64,000 bases of DNA, from assembly GCA_963663865.1 (NCBI GenBank), contig OY760686.1, forward strand, positions 1,728,001 through 1,792,000, read 5' to 3'. Below, piece by piece: positions 27,144-37,322 of the stretch. Origin of the DNA: Spirochaetota bacterium (GTDB taxonomy: Bacteria; Spirochaetota; UBA4802; UBA5550). Position numbers and translations under genes: made by a program. Position 1 is the first letter of the stretch; each line of letters starts with the position of its first letter. The notes beneath the pieces were generated by a model. It was not told where the DNA came from. It made no database searches and saw only the letters and a list, made by a program, of their open reading frames with translations.

Positions 27144-28179
27144 CCTTGAAGAGGCGGGCGCCTACTTCAAACAGAAAGGGCTTCAGGAGTACAGGGCAAA
27201 GCAGCTCTTCAGCTGGATATATGACAGAAACTGCGGCTCTTTCGATGAAATGACTACCTTCTCGAAGGAGCTCAGGGCTGAACTTTCTTCCGATTTTATT
27301 TTGAACCCGCTGGAACTTGAAGAGAGGACAATCTCCGAAAAAGACGGAACTGAAAAGTTTCTGCTCAGGACGCATGACGGCCATTTTATTGAAACTGTCC
27401 TTATCAAGAATGACGGAACGGAAGACGGCAGGCTGACTGTTTGTGTCTCAAGCCAGGTTGGCTGCGCTATGGGCTGCGTATTCTGCGAGACGGCTAAGCT
27501 CGGCTTTATCCGTAATCTTGAGCCCGCTGAGATACTGGACCAGCTCGGACAGGTAAGACGGTATACAGGCTTAAAAAACAACAACATAGTTTTTATGGGA
27601 ATGGGCGAGCCGTTTATGAATTACGAGAATGTGATCAAAGCAGCTCAAATTATGAACTACTCGTTCGGATTTCATATTTCGGTAAGAAAAATAACCATCT
27701 CAAGCTGCGGCATATTCCCCCAGATAGAAAGGTTCATTGATGAAAAACAGCCCTTTAACCTTGCCCTCTCTCTGAACGATACTGTATGGGAGCGGCGGGC
27801 CCAGAGTATGCCGATAGAGAAAAAGTATCCCTTTAAAAAGATCGCTTCTCTTTTGAACAAAAAGTTTCCCGTTTCAAGAAACAGGCTGACCATTGAGTAT
27901 GTGATGAAAAATGACAATATATCAAGAGAGGACGCGAAGCGTATTAAGGAAATGTTCCGCTTCGCCCGCATTAAGATGAATCTGATTCCGCTGAATCCTG
28001 GCTCTTCCGGTATAGTAAGACCCTCAGACGATGCGATAAACGCATTTATTGACTACCTGTCGATCATGAATGTTCCAGTTTCAATCAGGAAGAGTATGGG
28101 GAGCGACATCGGGGGGGCTTGCGGACAGCTTTCCGGAAAGAAAACCGGGCAGAGAACAATATTTGAGAACGCGGGGTAA
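27115..28179 (+). CDS. rlmN: 23S rRNA m2A2503 radical-SAM methyltransferase
   Basis: CVSSQVGCAMGCVFC, MGMGEP, GACGQL. Alternative start at 27127. Confidence 0.96.
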   Translation: MKLKMIKNLSLEEAGAYFKQKGLQEYRAKQLFSWIYDRNCGSFDEMTTFSKELRAELSSDFILNPLELEERTISEKDGTEKFLLRTHDGHFIETVLIKNDGTEDGRLTVCVSSQVGCAMGCVFCETAKLGFIRNLEPAEILDQLGQVRRYTGLKNNNIVFMGMGEPFMNYENVIKAAQIMNYSFGFHISVRKITISSCGIFPQIERFIDEKQPFNLALSLNDTVWERRAQSMPIEKKYPFKKIASLLNKKFPVSRNRLTIEYVMKNDNISREDAKRIKEMFRFARIKMNLIPLNPGSSGIVRPSDDAINAFIDYLSIMNVPVSIRKSMGSDIGGACGQLSGKKTGQRTIFENAG

Positions 28180-28181
28180 AC

Positions 28182-30488
28182 GTGGGCAGGCTAAAATTGC
28201 TATTAAACCGGGTTAAGAAGAGATGGAAGCTTTTGGTTCTATATATTCCGGGGGCGCTGTTCATTCTTGTTTCAGCTTACACTCTGGTTATCTATCTGAG
28301 CTGGGTTTCCGACGAAGGGGCCGCTCTGGAAAAGCTTGCGAGATACAAAAAGCTCATTGACCGCACTGAGGAGCTCAGGGAAGGAACGGTTTACAGCTAC
28401 AGCGATGTCGTTCCCGGTGCGAGGGTTGTCGATATTCCTACAAGAATCTATGACAGAAACGGGGAGCTTATTGGAGAGTTTTTCGAGCAGAAAAGAGAAA
28501 TCATTCCTTACTCATATATTCCTGAATGGATTGTCAAAGGGGTTATCGCCAGCGAGGACAGGGATTTTTATGAACATACCGGCGTTAATTTCAAAGGGAT
28601 TTTCCGTGCCATGCTCGTCAATATCAGCAGCTTTAGCGTAGTACAGGGCGGAAGTACAATTACCCAGCAGCTATCCAAGGTTCTGTTCACTGATATGGAT
28701 AGAAGCATCAAGCGTAAGATATACGAGTTTTTCTGTGCGAGAGAAATTGAGAGGCATTATGATAAACAGGATATACTCTCAATGTATCTGAATTTGATAT
28801 ACTTCGGGAACGGCGCTTACGGAGTAGAGTCAACATCGAAGATGTTTTTTGGACGCAGCGTAACCGGCCTTGATGAGGCAGAATGCGCCATGATTGTAGC
28901 TACAATCTCAAGTCCGCGAATCTACTCACCGCTGTCAAATCTCGATTCATCGGTGAAAAAAACGCGGCGCATACTGAATTCAATGGTTGATGCCGGGTTT
29001 CTGAAGCCCGCAGCGGCGGACGCAAGATATAAGCACTTTCTCAGGGAATGGGAAGTCGAGTTCACAAAAGAAGGAAAGGCCGTTTCATCGAAAATCGGCG
29101 GCTTCCTGTACAGCTCTTATCGTGTCAACAGGGCGCCTTTTTTTAACGAACAGATCCGAAGAACACTTGTGGAAAGATTCGGCGACGACGCTGTAAAAAA
29201 AGGCGGACTTAGCGTCTACACTACAATAGATGCCGAGGCCCAGGACGCTGCGCGGGAAAGTCTCAGAAGAGGAATAAGCTCTCAGCGGGACTTTCACAGG
29301 AAAAAAGCCGGGAAGTCCGCAAATACTCGCTATGCCAAAGAGGAGCTTGAGAAGGCATCAAATATTGAGGGGGCTCTCGTAGCGCTCAATCCCGGAACAG
29401 GCGAGATACTATCCTATGCCGGAGGATACGATTTTACAGCAAAAAATCAGAATGATCACGTGTCACAGATTTTACGTCAGCCGGGTTCCTCCTTTAAACC
29501 GCTGGTTTATTGCGCCGCGGTTGAAAAGAAGGCCATCACACCATCAACAATAATCCTGGATGAAAAGACTGTCTTTAAGGGAGGATATTCACCCTCCAAC
29601 TATAGCAACACGTTCAGCGGAAGCGTTACCGCGAGGGAGGCGCTGAAGAAGTCAATAAACATACCGGCGGTTAAGGTTCTTGAACTTTCGGGGTACGGAA
29701 AGGTTCTTTCGTATGTCGGAGGAGCGCTTCAGCTGTCAAAAACTGACCTTGAAAAGAGATTCGGAGAAACACTCAGCCTGGCGCTTGGAACCTATGAGAT
29801 ATCACCTCTCGAAAATGCGGTATTGCATTCTGTCATCGCAAACGGGGGCAGCTACATCAAACCGTACGGGATACGCCATGTTAAGGATTACAATGGGAGC
29901 ATTATCTGGAACATGGAAGAAGAGGTTGTAAGTGAGATGAAATCAATAAGGGATAAAGGAAATATTATTGATGAACCGGCTTCGGCAGTAACAGTATCTA
30001 TGCTCAGAGGTGTAACAGAAGAAGGCGGTACAGCTTATTACAGTGTCAGGGGAAGGAAGTTCCCGTTCCAGACTGCCGGGAAAACGGGGACAAGCAACAA
30101 TTACTGCGACGCATGGTTTATCGGCTACACTCCCGCCATTGTGACAGCTATCTGGATAGGAAACAAAGCCGGCGCAATTTCACTTGGCCATGGAAGAGCA
30201 GGTGGAGCGATAGCTGCCCCGGTATGGGCCGATTATATCGGCAGAGCATACAGGGAGGGATATCCTACAGAGTTTGCCATACCGCGCAAGGGTGTTACGC
30301 GGGAGAATATATGCGGTGTTTCGGGGCTTGTCGCGAGACCCGACGGCAGCTGTTCCGAGTACACTGTTGAACAGGTTTACTACGCCGGCACCGAGCCGGG
30401 TGAGTACTGCAACATTCATAAAAATGACAGCCAGGAGCTTCATTCAACTGAAGGCTCCGGAGCGTCTGCGCAGAACCACTCAATGTGA
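28182..30488 (+). CDS. Class A penicillin-binding protein (PBP1A family)
   Basis: Transglycosylase EDRDFYEH, GGSTITQQ. Transpeptidase RQPGSSFK, SIN, KTG. Confidence 0.95.
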   Translation: MGRLKLLLNRVKKRWKLLVLYIPGALFILVSAYTLVIYLSWVSDEGAALEKLARYKKLIDRTEELREGTVYSYSDVVPGARVVDIPTRIYDRNGELIGEFFEQKREIIPYSYIPEWIVKGVIASEDRDFYEHTGVNFKGIFRAMLVNISSFSVVQGGSTITQQLSKVLFTDMDRSIKRKIYEFFCAREIERHYDKQDILSMYLNLIYFGNGAYGVESTSKMFFGRSVTGLDEAECAMIVATISSPRIYSPLSNLDSSVKKTRRILNSMVDAGFLKPAAADARYKHFLREWEVEFTKEGKAVSSKIGGFLYSSYRVNRAPFFNEQIRRTLVERFGDDAVKKGGLSVYTTIDAEAQDAARESLRRGISSQRDFHRKKAGKSANTRYAKEELEKASNIEGALVALNPGTGEILSYAGGYDFTAKNQNDHVSQILRQPGSSFKPLVYCAAVEKKAITPSTIILDEKTVFKGGYSPSNYSNTFSGSVTAREALKKSINIPAVKVLELSGYGKVLSYVGGALQLSKTDLEKRFGETLSLALGTYEISPLENAVLHSVIANGGSYIKPYGIRHVKDYNGSIIWNMEEEVVSEMKSIRDKGNIIDEPASAVTVSMLRGVTEEGGTAYYSVRGRKFPFQTAGKTGTSNNYCDAWFIGYTPAIVTAIWIGNKAGAISLGHGRAGGAIAAPVWADYIGRAYREGYPTEFAIPRKGVTRENICGVSGLVARPDGSCSEYTVEQVYYAGTEPGEYCNIHKNDSQELHSTEGSGASAQNHSM

Positions 30489-30525
30489 ATATCTGCAGAA
30501 TAAAAGCATCATTGATAAAGGTTAA

Positions 30526-31410
30526 ATGGTTATAATTATGAGAGCTTCAAGAATTATGTTTTTTATATCGTTTATTTTTCTTGTTATGGTGAACCTGTCT
30601 TTTACATGGCCCCTTGAAGAATCCAGGCTTACATCGACATTTGGAGAATCGCGGGGAGACCACTTCCACGACGGTATTGACCTGATAAGCACAAACTCAG
30701 ACGTGAAACCCCTTGCCTCTGGAAAGACAATGTTTATGTGGGACCAGGCAATGTTTCCCCTTGACAATGAGCCCGGCGGAGGTAACTACCTGATTCTAAA
30801 GCACCCGGAGAAGGGACTGTATTCAGTATATATGCACCTTGAAAAGGGGCTGTCGCATAAGTCTGAGATCGGAACCGCTGATGTTTTAGGCAGAGTCGGC
30901 AACACCGGACATTCATTCGCGGCACACCTTCACTTTGGTCTTTTTACTGACAGCGGCAAAAAGTCCATAAATCCGCTCACTGTTCTATCAAGTTATAAAG
31001 ATAAAGAAGCGCCTGAGATATCAGAATTTGCGCTGCTTATCGGCGACAGATACGTAATCGTACGGGAGAATTCCACAATAAGGCTTACACAGCATTATCC
31101 CCTTTTGATTCGCGTAGTCGATTCAGTTAGCGGCCGTGAGAGACTGGGTGTTTACAGACTTAAGGTTGCTGTAAATGGTGTCCCTGCTGTAAACAGGGAA
31201 TTCGATGCAATAGAGAATATAAAAGGGAATCACTGTGTTGGCGGTAAACCTTTTCAGGAAGTTTTCGACATTAAGGGGTATTACAGGGTTCCTGAAATAA
31301 AATACAGGTCAGGTTTAAACACCATCGTTGTTGAGGCGGAAGATTTAGCTGGAAACAGGTCGGTTAAGGAGTTCAGCTGTACTGTAAATCTTGATCTGGA
31401 CCAGGGCTGA
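30526..31410 (+). CDS. M23 family peptidase
   Basis: Signal peptide, FGESRGDHFHDGID, AHLHF. Confidence 0.88.
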   Translation: MVIIMRASRIMFFISFIFLVMVNLSFTWPLEESRLTSTFGESRGDHFHDGIDLISTNSDVKPLASGKTMFMWDQAMFPLDNEPGGGNYLILKHPEKGLYSVYMHLEKGLSHKSEIGTADVLGRVGNTGHSFAAHLHFGLFTDSGKKSINPLTVLSSYKDKEAPEISEFALLIGDRYVIVRENSTIRLTQHYPLLIRVVDSVSGRERLGVYRLKVAVNGVPAVNREFDAIENIKGNHCVGGKPFQEVFDIKGYYRVPEIKYRSGLNTIVVEAEDLAGNRSVKEFSCTVNLDLDQG

Positions 31411-31418
31411 GGCAAGCG

Positions 31419-31844
31419 GTGATTAAGTTGCATAACATGATACCTCATTTCAGGAGAGAAAAGAAGATAAAGCAGGCCGACATGGCTAAATCTCTCAATG
31501 TTTCCCCGTCTTATCTGTGTAAAATTGAAAAAGGGATTCAGATTCCAACGAAAAAATTTATGGAAGACTGTTCGTTATATTTAGGCGTCACGATAAATGC
31601 ACTTTTCCCCACCGGGCTGAAGAATAAAACAGATCGAATTAAGGAGATAAACTCGTGCTTCAAGAGCAAGCTCTGGAGCATCCGCACTGAGAGAGGCATA
31701 AAGCAGTACGAAATGGCCAGAATACTCGAATGCTCTCCGTCGTATCTTTCGAGGGTAGAGAAGGGCATCCTGATTCCAAATGAGAGGTTTAGAAAACGCT
31801 GTGCCAGAATTCTCAAGATCAAGGAATTTGAACTCTTTCAGTGA
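31419..31844 (+). CDS. Tandem double XRE-family HTH regulator
   Basis: Two HTH_3 copies: IKQADMAKSLNVSPSYLCKIEKG and IKQYEMARILECSPSYLSRVEKG. Confidence 0.88.
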   Translation: MIKLHNMIPHFRREKKIKQADMAKSLNVSPSYLCKIEKGIQIPTKKFMEDCSLYLGVTINALFPTGLKNKTDRIKEINSCFKSKLWSIRTERGIKQYEMARILECSPSYLSRVEKGILIPNERFRKRCARILKIKEFELFQ

Positions 31845-31856
31845 CAAGACTTACCG

Positions 31857-33119
31857 ATGGATATTCATTTGCATGAAATAATCTCTATTGCGGTGCTGGC
31901 GGTATTATCGGCCTTTTTTTCCGCTTCGGAAACCGCGCTTTTTTCGCTGGGTAAGGCCGACCTCCACCGATTTTCACGTTCCGGGAAACGGGTAGAACGC
32001 GCCGTCCATTCTCTCATGCGTGAGCCGCAAAAAATCCTCATAACAATTCTAATAGCCAATCTTTTTGTCAATATTGGAATATCAGCTTTAAGCGCTAAAC
32101 TGCTTTTAACACGATGGGTCAACTACGGACATATCATATCAATATTTTTCGTAACTCCAGCTATTATTCTTCTGTGCGAGATTTCTCCAAAGGTTATCGC
32201 GATTAGCATTCCCGGGGCATTCGTTAGGAGGGCGTACCCTCTTATTATGTTTTTCCACTGGATGCTCTATCCCATTAGAATAATTATGATGTGTATCGCG
32301 AACCTTATCGTCTCAGTGTTCAGGCTTGATTTGAGCCACAGCCGTTTGACAGAAGATGAGCTGGGTCAGGTAATCAGAAAAGGAGCCGAAACCGGAGCGA
32401 TTAATCAGGATGAGGGCGAGTTTATAGGGAACATCATAAGGTTCGCAAAAAAGGAGGCCGCGAACATTATGTTTCCCCGCAACCGGGCTGTTATTATTTC
32501 CGAGGATGTCAGCCTTGATGAAGCTGTTAAGGTGATGCTCGAAAACGATATTGTGAGGGTGCCAGTATACCGCGAAGACCTCGACCACATTTCCGGATTC
32601 GTGGATTCAAAGGACTTGATGCCGTACTATCTGGGATACAAGAGCTCAAAGAGCATAGGCAGATTTATCAGGCCCATTGAATTTTTCCCCTCAACCAGGG
32701 AGCTTAATGACCTGCTGAATGATTTTCTTGAAAAAAGAATTCAGATGGCCGTAATAGTCGATGAATACGGTGGTACAGCTGGAATTGTTACTCTTAACAG
32801 GATACTTTCCGAGCTGATGGGCAAGGACTTCAACAAGTGGGAGGTCAACGTTAAACCGGAGATAAGGCGCATATCAAAATCAGCTGCGGTGGTTTCAGCT
32901 GCGATGCAGATAACTGATTTTAATTACCGCTTTGATGAACGCATTGATTCGAACCAGTCCGATACAGTCGGGGGCTATCTAATTGAAAAGCTTGGCCATT
33001 TACCCGGAAGGGGTGAACAGGTCGAGACTGAAAGACTCATCCTGAGAGTCAGGTATATCAGAAAAAACAGAATTGAATCGGTAGATGTAATAAAAAAGGA
33101 GGGTAACGGCGGTGACTGA
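31857..33119 (+). CDS. CNNM/DUF21-CBS-CorC (hemolysin/TlyC family) protein
   Basis: SAFFSASETALFS, CBS pair, VDEYGGTAGIVT, CorC domain. Confidence 0.93.
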   Translation: MDIHLHEIISIAVLAVLSAFFSASETALFSLGKADLHRFSRSGKRVERAVHSLMREPQKILITILIANLFVNIGISALSAKLLLTRWVNYGHIISIFFVTPAIILLCEISPKVIAISIPGAFVRRAYPLIMFFHWMLYPIRIIMMCIANLIVSVFRLDLSHSRLTEDELGQVIRKGAETGAINQDEGEFIGNIIRFAKKEAANIMFPRNRAVIISEDVSLDEAVKVMLENDIVRVPVYREDLDHISGFVDSKDLMPYYLGYKSSKSIGRFIRPIEFFPSTRELNDLLNDFLEKRIQMAVIVDEYGGTAGIVTLNRILSELMGKDFNKWEVNVKPEIRRISKSAAVVSAAMQITDFNYRFDERIDSNQSDTVGGYLIEKLGHLPGRGEQVETERLILRVRYIRKNRIESVDVIKKEGNGGD

Positions 33120-34389
33120 ATGTAACTATTTCTATGAAGTCTCTATTTTTGTGTTTCTGTTGTTGTCCGCTTTTTTTTCCGGCGCAGAAACCGCTCTTGT
33201 GAGCGCCAGACGGGAAACAATTGAGGTCTCAGCCAGGAGGGGCTCCGGGTCAGCAAAAAAGGCCCTTGTTCTTCTCGATAACATAGAGGAGTCAATCAGT
33301 ATGATTCTGCTTGGCAATAATATTGCCAATGTCGCAGCGTCGGCATTTATCACATACCTGGCGGCAAAGGCCTATATGCTGAGCGACCGTAATCTGTTTT
33401 ATGTGACAGCAGTACAGACCGCAGTGTTTCTGATATTCGGAGAGATTACACCAAAGCTGATAAACAAGGCTAAGGGAGAAGGCTTTCTGCTTCTTTTCGC
33501 GGTGCCCCTCAATTTCATGAGGCTTGCGGCCAGGCCGTTTTCCAGGTTTTCTCTCGGTTTCACAGGAATAATGAAGTCAATGCTCAGGGTCGCTAAAAAA
33601 CAGGCAGGTGTCTCAGTATCAAGAGATGAGATAAGGTTGCTTTTCACTATTGGAGAGGAGGAGGGCCTTATTGAGGAAGAACACAGAATGTACGTTTCAG
33701 AAATACTGCAGTTTCGTCTGAAGACAGTACAGCAGATCATGGTTCCAATAGTGGATATTACTTCTGTGGAGATAAACTCAAGCCTGAAAAAACTTTGTTC
33801 GTTGATTGAGGAGACCAGGTATTCAAGGATACCCGTTTACGAAAGACGGGTCGACAATATTGTGGGGTATGTCTTTTACAGAGATATTCTTCGAAGTAGA
33901 GGTGAGTCAACCGTCAGGGAATTGATGAATGAGATACAGTATGTGCCGGAGACAAAGAATGTTTTTGAGCTTTTCATTGAGATGCAGGAGAATAGCCTTC
34001 CGGTGGTTTTCGTTGTAAATGAATACGGCGGTATTACCGGCATGGTGACACATGAGGATATAGCCGAGGAGGTTGTAGGTGAAATACAGTCCAACGATCA
34101 CAATGAGGAAGATCTCATAATCAAAACGGGAACTAATGAGTATACTGTCTCAGGTTATATCGACATAGAACATCTTCAAAAGGTATTTCCAGTTCAGATT
34201 CAGAAGAAGGGCTTTGAAACCCTTGCCGGTTTTCTTGAATACCACTTCGGTAAAATTCCAAGAAAGGGCGAGAAGCTTGTGCTTAACCGGGTTCAATTCA
34301 TTGTTGATGAATCCGACAGCCGCTCAATTGACCGGGTTGTAGTTAAGCTGCCCGCCCGATACAGAAACAAGGCCTCATCTGAAAAGTAG
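33112..34389 (+). CDS. Second CNNM/DUF21-CBS-CorC protein
   Basis: SAFFSGAETAL, YSRIPVY, NEYGGITGMVTHED. Confidence 0.93.
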   Translation: MTECNYFYEVSIFVFLLLSAFFSGAETALVSARRETIEVSARRGSGSAKKALVLLDNIEESISMILLGNNIANVAASAFITYLAAKAYMLSDRNLFYVTAVQTAVFLIFGEITPKLINKAKGEGFLLLFAVPLNFMRLAARPFSRFSLGFTGIMKSMLRVAKKQAGVSVSRDEIRLLFTIGEEEGLIEEEHRMYVSEILQFRLKTVQQIMVPIVDITSVEINSSLKKLCSLIEETRYSRIPVYERRVDNIVGYVFYRDILRSRGESTVRELMNEIQYVPETKNVFELFIEMQENSLPVVFVVNEYGGITGMVTHEDIAEEVVGEIQSNDHNEEDLIIKTGTNEYTVSGYIDIEHLQKVFPVQIQKKGFETLAGFLEYHFGKIPRKGEKLVLNRVQFIVDESDSRSIDRVVVKLPARYRNKASSEK

Positions 34390-34419
34390 ACAGCCTGAAG
34401 CCTGCTTGAGAAGTGAGTT

Positions 34420-34767
34420 TTAAAACTCGTCCATCTTCAATCCGAGATGAGTTCCGCCGAGAACATGAATGTGAAGATGAAAGACCTCCTGTCCGGCATC
34501 AGGCCCGTTATTCACGACAACTCTGTAGCCGCTTTCTTTTATGCCCTTGATTTCTGCAACCCTTGCAGCCGCGAGAAAAATATCGCCGAGAACCTTTGAG
34601 CTGTTAATATCAAGGGAATTAATATCGGGTATATGTTTTTTGGGAATTATCAGAACGTGCACCGGAGCTTTCGGGTTAATGTCGTCAAAAGCGAAAACGC
34701 TGTCGTTCTCATAGACCTTCGAAGAGGGTATTTCTCCGTTAATAATGCTGCAGAATATACAGTCCAT
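34420..34767 (-). CDS. hinT: HIT family nucleotide-binding protein
   Basis: CIFC, GQEVFHLHIHVLGG. GGAGG SD. Confidence 0.95.
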   Translation of the reverse strand: MDCIFCSIINGEIPSSKVYENDSVFAFDDINPKAPVHVLIIPKKHIPDINSLDINSSKVLGDIFLAAARVAEIKGIKESGYRVVVNNGPDAGQEVFHLHIHVLGGTHLGLKMDEF

Positions 34768-34966
34768 TTTTATCCTCCATTATAACTCGTATAGTCTCTT
34801 GTATTTTATTCTTGTATAATGGTCAAGTATTTTGAAGAAAGGAATAGTAAGATATGAGCGATAGACAATATTGTACTTGCTGAATCAAAAAGTGACTGGA
34901 CCACGCGTTTATTAGTCAGGCAAATAGTTACGGCAAGATATTCCTCCAAAAAAAGAAGAATGAATT

Positions 34967-36091
34967 ATGATGAAAAAAATTGATAATATCAGAGCTGTCC
35001 TCTATCCGGAAAATGAATCTGCAAACGAAATGGTACAGCGGTTCACGTCTCTTGAAGGAAAGATCGTAATCCCGTACAGGGATGAAACAGAGCTTGGCGT
35101 CCTTATGAAAACGCTTTCCGGCCAGGGATATGCTTCAAAGGAGGTGCTCATCCTCAAAAATTTTATGGGGAGAACCTATCAGAAATGCCCCGGTTCGAAA
35201 AATGTAGTTTGCTGTAATTACAGGCTTTTAAATACCGCATTTGGCTGTCTATATAACTGCACATACTGTTTTTTAAACACCTACCTCAACTCCTATGGTA
35301 TTACTCAGTTTATTAATCTCGAAGATATTGGAAAGGAAATGCTTGAGAATAGTCCCGCGGAAAAGGGTAAAATACTGAGGATAGGGACTGGGGAGTTTAC
35401 CGATTCGCTCATGTTTGATTCAACAACGGGCCTTGGCGAAAAGCTTATCCGTGATGTATCCACCAGGAAAGATATTATGCTCGAGTTTAAGACAAAATCT
35501 TCAAATGTAGGCCATCTGTGCGCTATTGAGAACAAAGGCAGCGCCGTTATGGCATGGACACTTAACACCGAGAAGAATATCTCAAAGTGGGAACAGGACA
35601 CCGCGTCGCTTGAAGAGAGGCTTGATGCCGCCTCTGAGGCTGCGAGGGCGGGTTTTTTTACCGCATTTCATTTTGATCCAGTCATACTCTATGACGGTTG
35701 TGCCGATGATTACAACTCGGTTATTGACCTGCTTTTCAGAAAAGTTCCTGCTGAGACCATCGTATGGATTTCAATCGGCGGTTTCAGGTACACACCCGGT
35801 TATCCGGATGCGATACGCATGGCCTTCCCGGAAGAGAGTCTCACGTCGGCGGAGATGTTTCCGGGTGTCGACGGGAAGTACAGATATATAAGAAGCGTCA
35901 GGGAGAACATCTATTCATCGATATTCAGACGCATCAGGCAGTATTCGGATAAGCCCTTTGTTTATCTGTGCATGGAGACCCGGCAGGTGTGGTGCAACTC
36001 ATTTGGGATTGGCTATGAAAGCTCGGGAGAGCTTGAAAACGCGATGAGTTCACATATTATTAAGCACTTTTTTAAATCAACCCGCAAATAA
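34967..36091 (+). CDS. Spore photoproduct lyase (SplB)-like radical SAM protein
   Basis: CCNY..GCLYNCTYCFL, RIGTGEFTDS, LEFKTKS, FHFDP, YLCME. Confidence 0.85.
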   Translation: MMKKIDNIRAVLYPENESANEMVQRFTSLEGKIVIPYRDETELGVLMKTLSGQGYASKEVLILKNFMGRTYQKCPGSKNVVCCNYRLLNTAFGCLYNCTYCFLNTYLNSYGITQFINLEDIGKEMLENSPAEKGKILRIGTGEFTDSLMFDSTTGLGEKLIRDVSTRKDIMLEFKTKSSNVGHLCAIENKGSAVMAWTLNTEKNISKWEQDTASLEERLDAASEAARAGFFTAFHFDPVILYDGCADDYNSVIDLLFRKVPAETIVWISIGGFRYTPGYPDAIRMAFPEESLTSAEMFPGVDGKYRYIRSVRENIYSSIFRRIRQYSDKPFVYLCMETRQVWCNSFGIGYESSGELENAMSSHIIKHFFKSTRK

Positions 36092-36176
36092 CCTTGAATA
36101 ATATTCTTGACCGCCCTGACATGACTGTAATGATGTACAGTCATATTCGGAAATATCCGACAAACGGAGAGGTAGT

Positions 36177-37292
36177 TTGGACGAGAAGGAATACAGAGAA
36201 GCAAGAAGAAGACTGGAAACACTTTTAAGTGATATCCAAACGATGCATGTTACAATTGGATCCGAGAATGACAGGATAGAGCTTTCGCGTCTTGAAGCGG
36301 AAACGATGAGAGACGGCTTCTGGAATGACAAGGACAGGTTTGCTGAGGTAAACAAAAAGATTACAGAGATAAAACGTAAAATTATTCCCTGGGATGATAT
36401 CCTCAGAGAGGTTAAAGAGGCTTCAGAGCTTCTTGGAATCGCTGTTGAGGAGTCTGATGAGGCGCTTGCCAATGAGATGGTTTCCGGCATTGAGGGCCTT
36501 GAGCGCAGGTTTGAAGAGCTCGAGACCAGAGAGCTTATGTCGGACGAAGATGATCCAAAAAACGCTTATATAACAATACATCCCGGCGCAGGCGGAACTG
36601 AATCGCAGGACTGGGCGAGCATGTTGTTCAGAATGTATTTCAGGTGGGCAGAGTCGTACGGCTTTAAAGTTGATGTGCTCGACTACACTCCCGGCGAGGA
36701 AGCAGGCATAAAGAGCGCAACGCTTCACGTGAAGGGCGACTACGCTTACGGATATCTCAAAGCGGAGAATGGCGTTCACAGGCTTGTCCGTATTTCCCCG
36801 TTTGACGCGAACAAGAGAAGGCATACATCATTCGCTTCAGTAGAAAGCGTTCCGGAAATAGATGAGGATGTCGAAGTCGAAATAAATGAATCGGATTTGA
36901 GAATTGATACCTACAGAGCTACCGGCGCCGGAGGTCAGCATATAAACACGACTGATTCCGCGGTCAGGATAACTCATAATCCAACTGGAATAGTTGTACA
37001 GTGCCAGAACGAGAGGTCTCAGCACAAGAACAAGGCATTTGCCATGAAGCTTCTGAAAACAAAGCTCTATGAACTGCAGAAGGAACAGGCTGCGGAAAAA
37101 CTCCAGGACCGCATTGGAGAGCGGAAGGAAATATCCTGGGGCAATCAGATAAGGTCATACGTTTTTCAGCCCTATACGCTCGTAAAAGACCACCGGACAG
37201 GACATGAAACCGGTACGGTGGAGAAGGTCTTCGACGGCGATATCGGCATGTTTATCCATTCATATTTAAAGATGCTGAAATCAAATGTTTAA
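36177..37292 (+). CDS. prfB: Peptide chain release factor 2, no programmed frameshift
   Basis: SPF and GGQ motifs. GGAGAGG SD before TTG. Single open frame. Confidence 0.96.
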   Translation: MDEKEYREARRRLETLLSDIQTMHVTIGSENDRIELSRLEAETMRDGFWNDKDRFAEVNKKITEIKRKIIPWDDILREVKEASELLGIAVEESDEALANEMVSGIEGLERRFEELETRELMSDEDDPKNAYITIHPGAGGTESQDWASMLFRMYFRWAESYGFKVDVLDYTPGEEAGIKSATLHVKGDYAYGYLKAENGVHRLVRISPFDANKRRHTSFASVESVPEIDEDVEVEINESDLRIDTYRATGAGGQHINTTDSAVRITHNPTGIVVQCQNERSQHKNKAFAMKLLKTKLYELQKEQAAEKLQDRIGERKEISWGNQIRSYVFQPYTLVKDHRTGHETGTVEKVFDGDIGMFIHSYLKMLKSNV

Positions 37293-37322
37293 GGGTAAAG
37301 CGGATTAAACAGGTCATCGGAA

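Noticed and set aside
36125-36140. CTGT-N8-ACAG as a LexA SOS box
   Set aside because: That box is specific to gamma/beta-proteobacteria. It lies downstream, not upstream, of the repair gene and is part of a longer palindrome.
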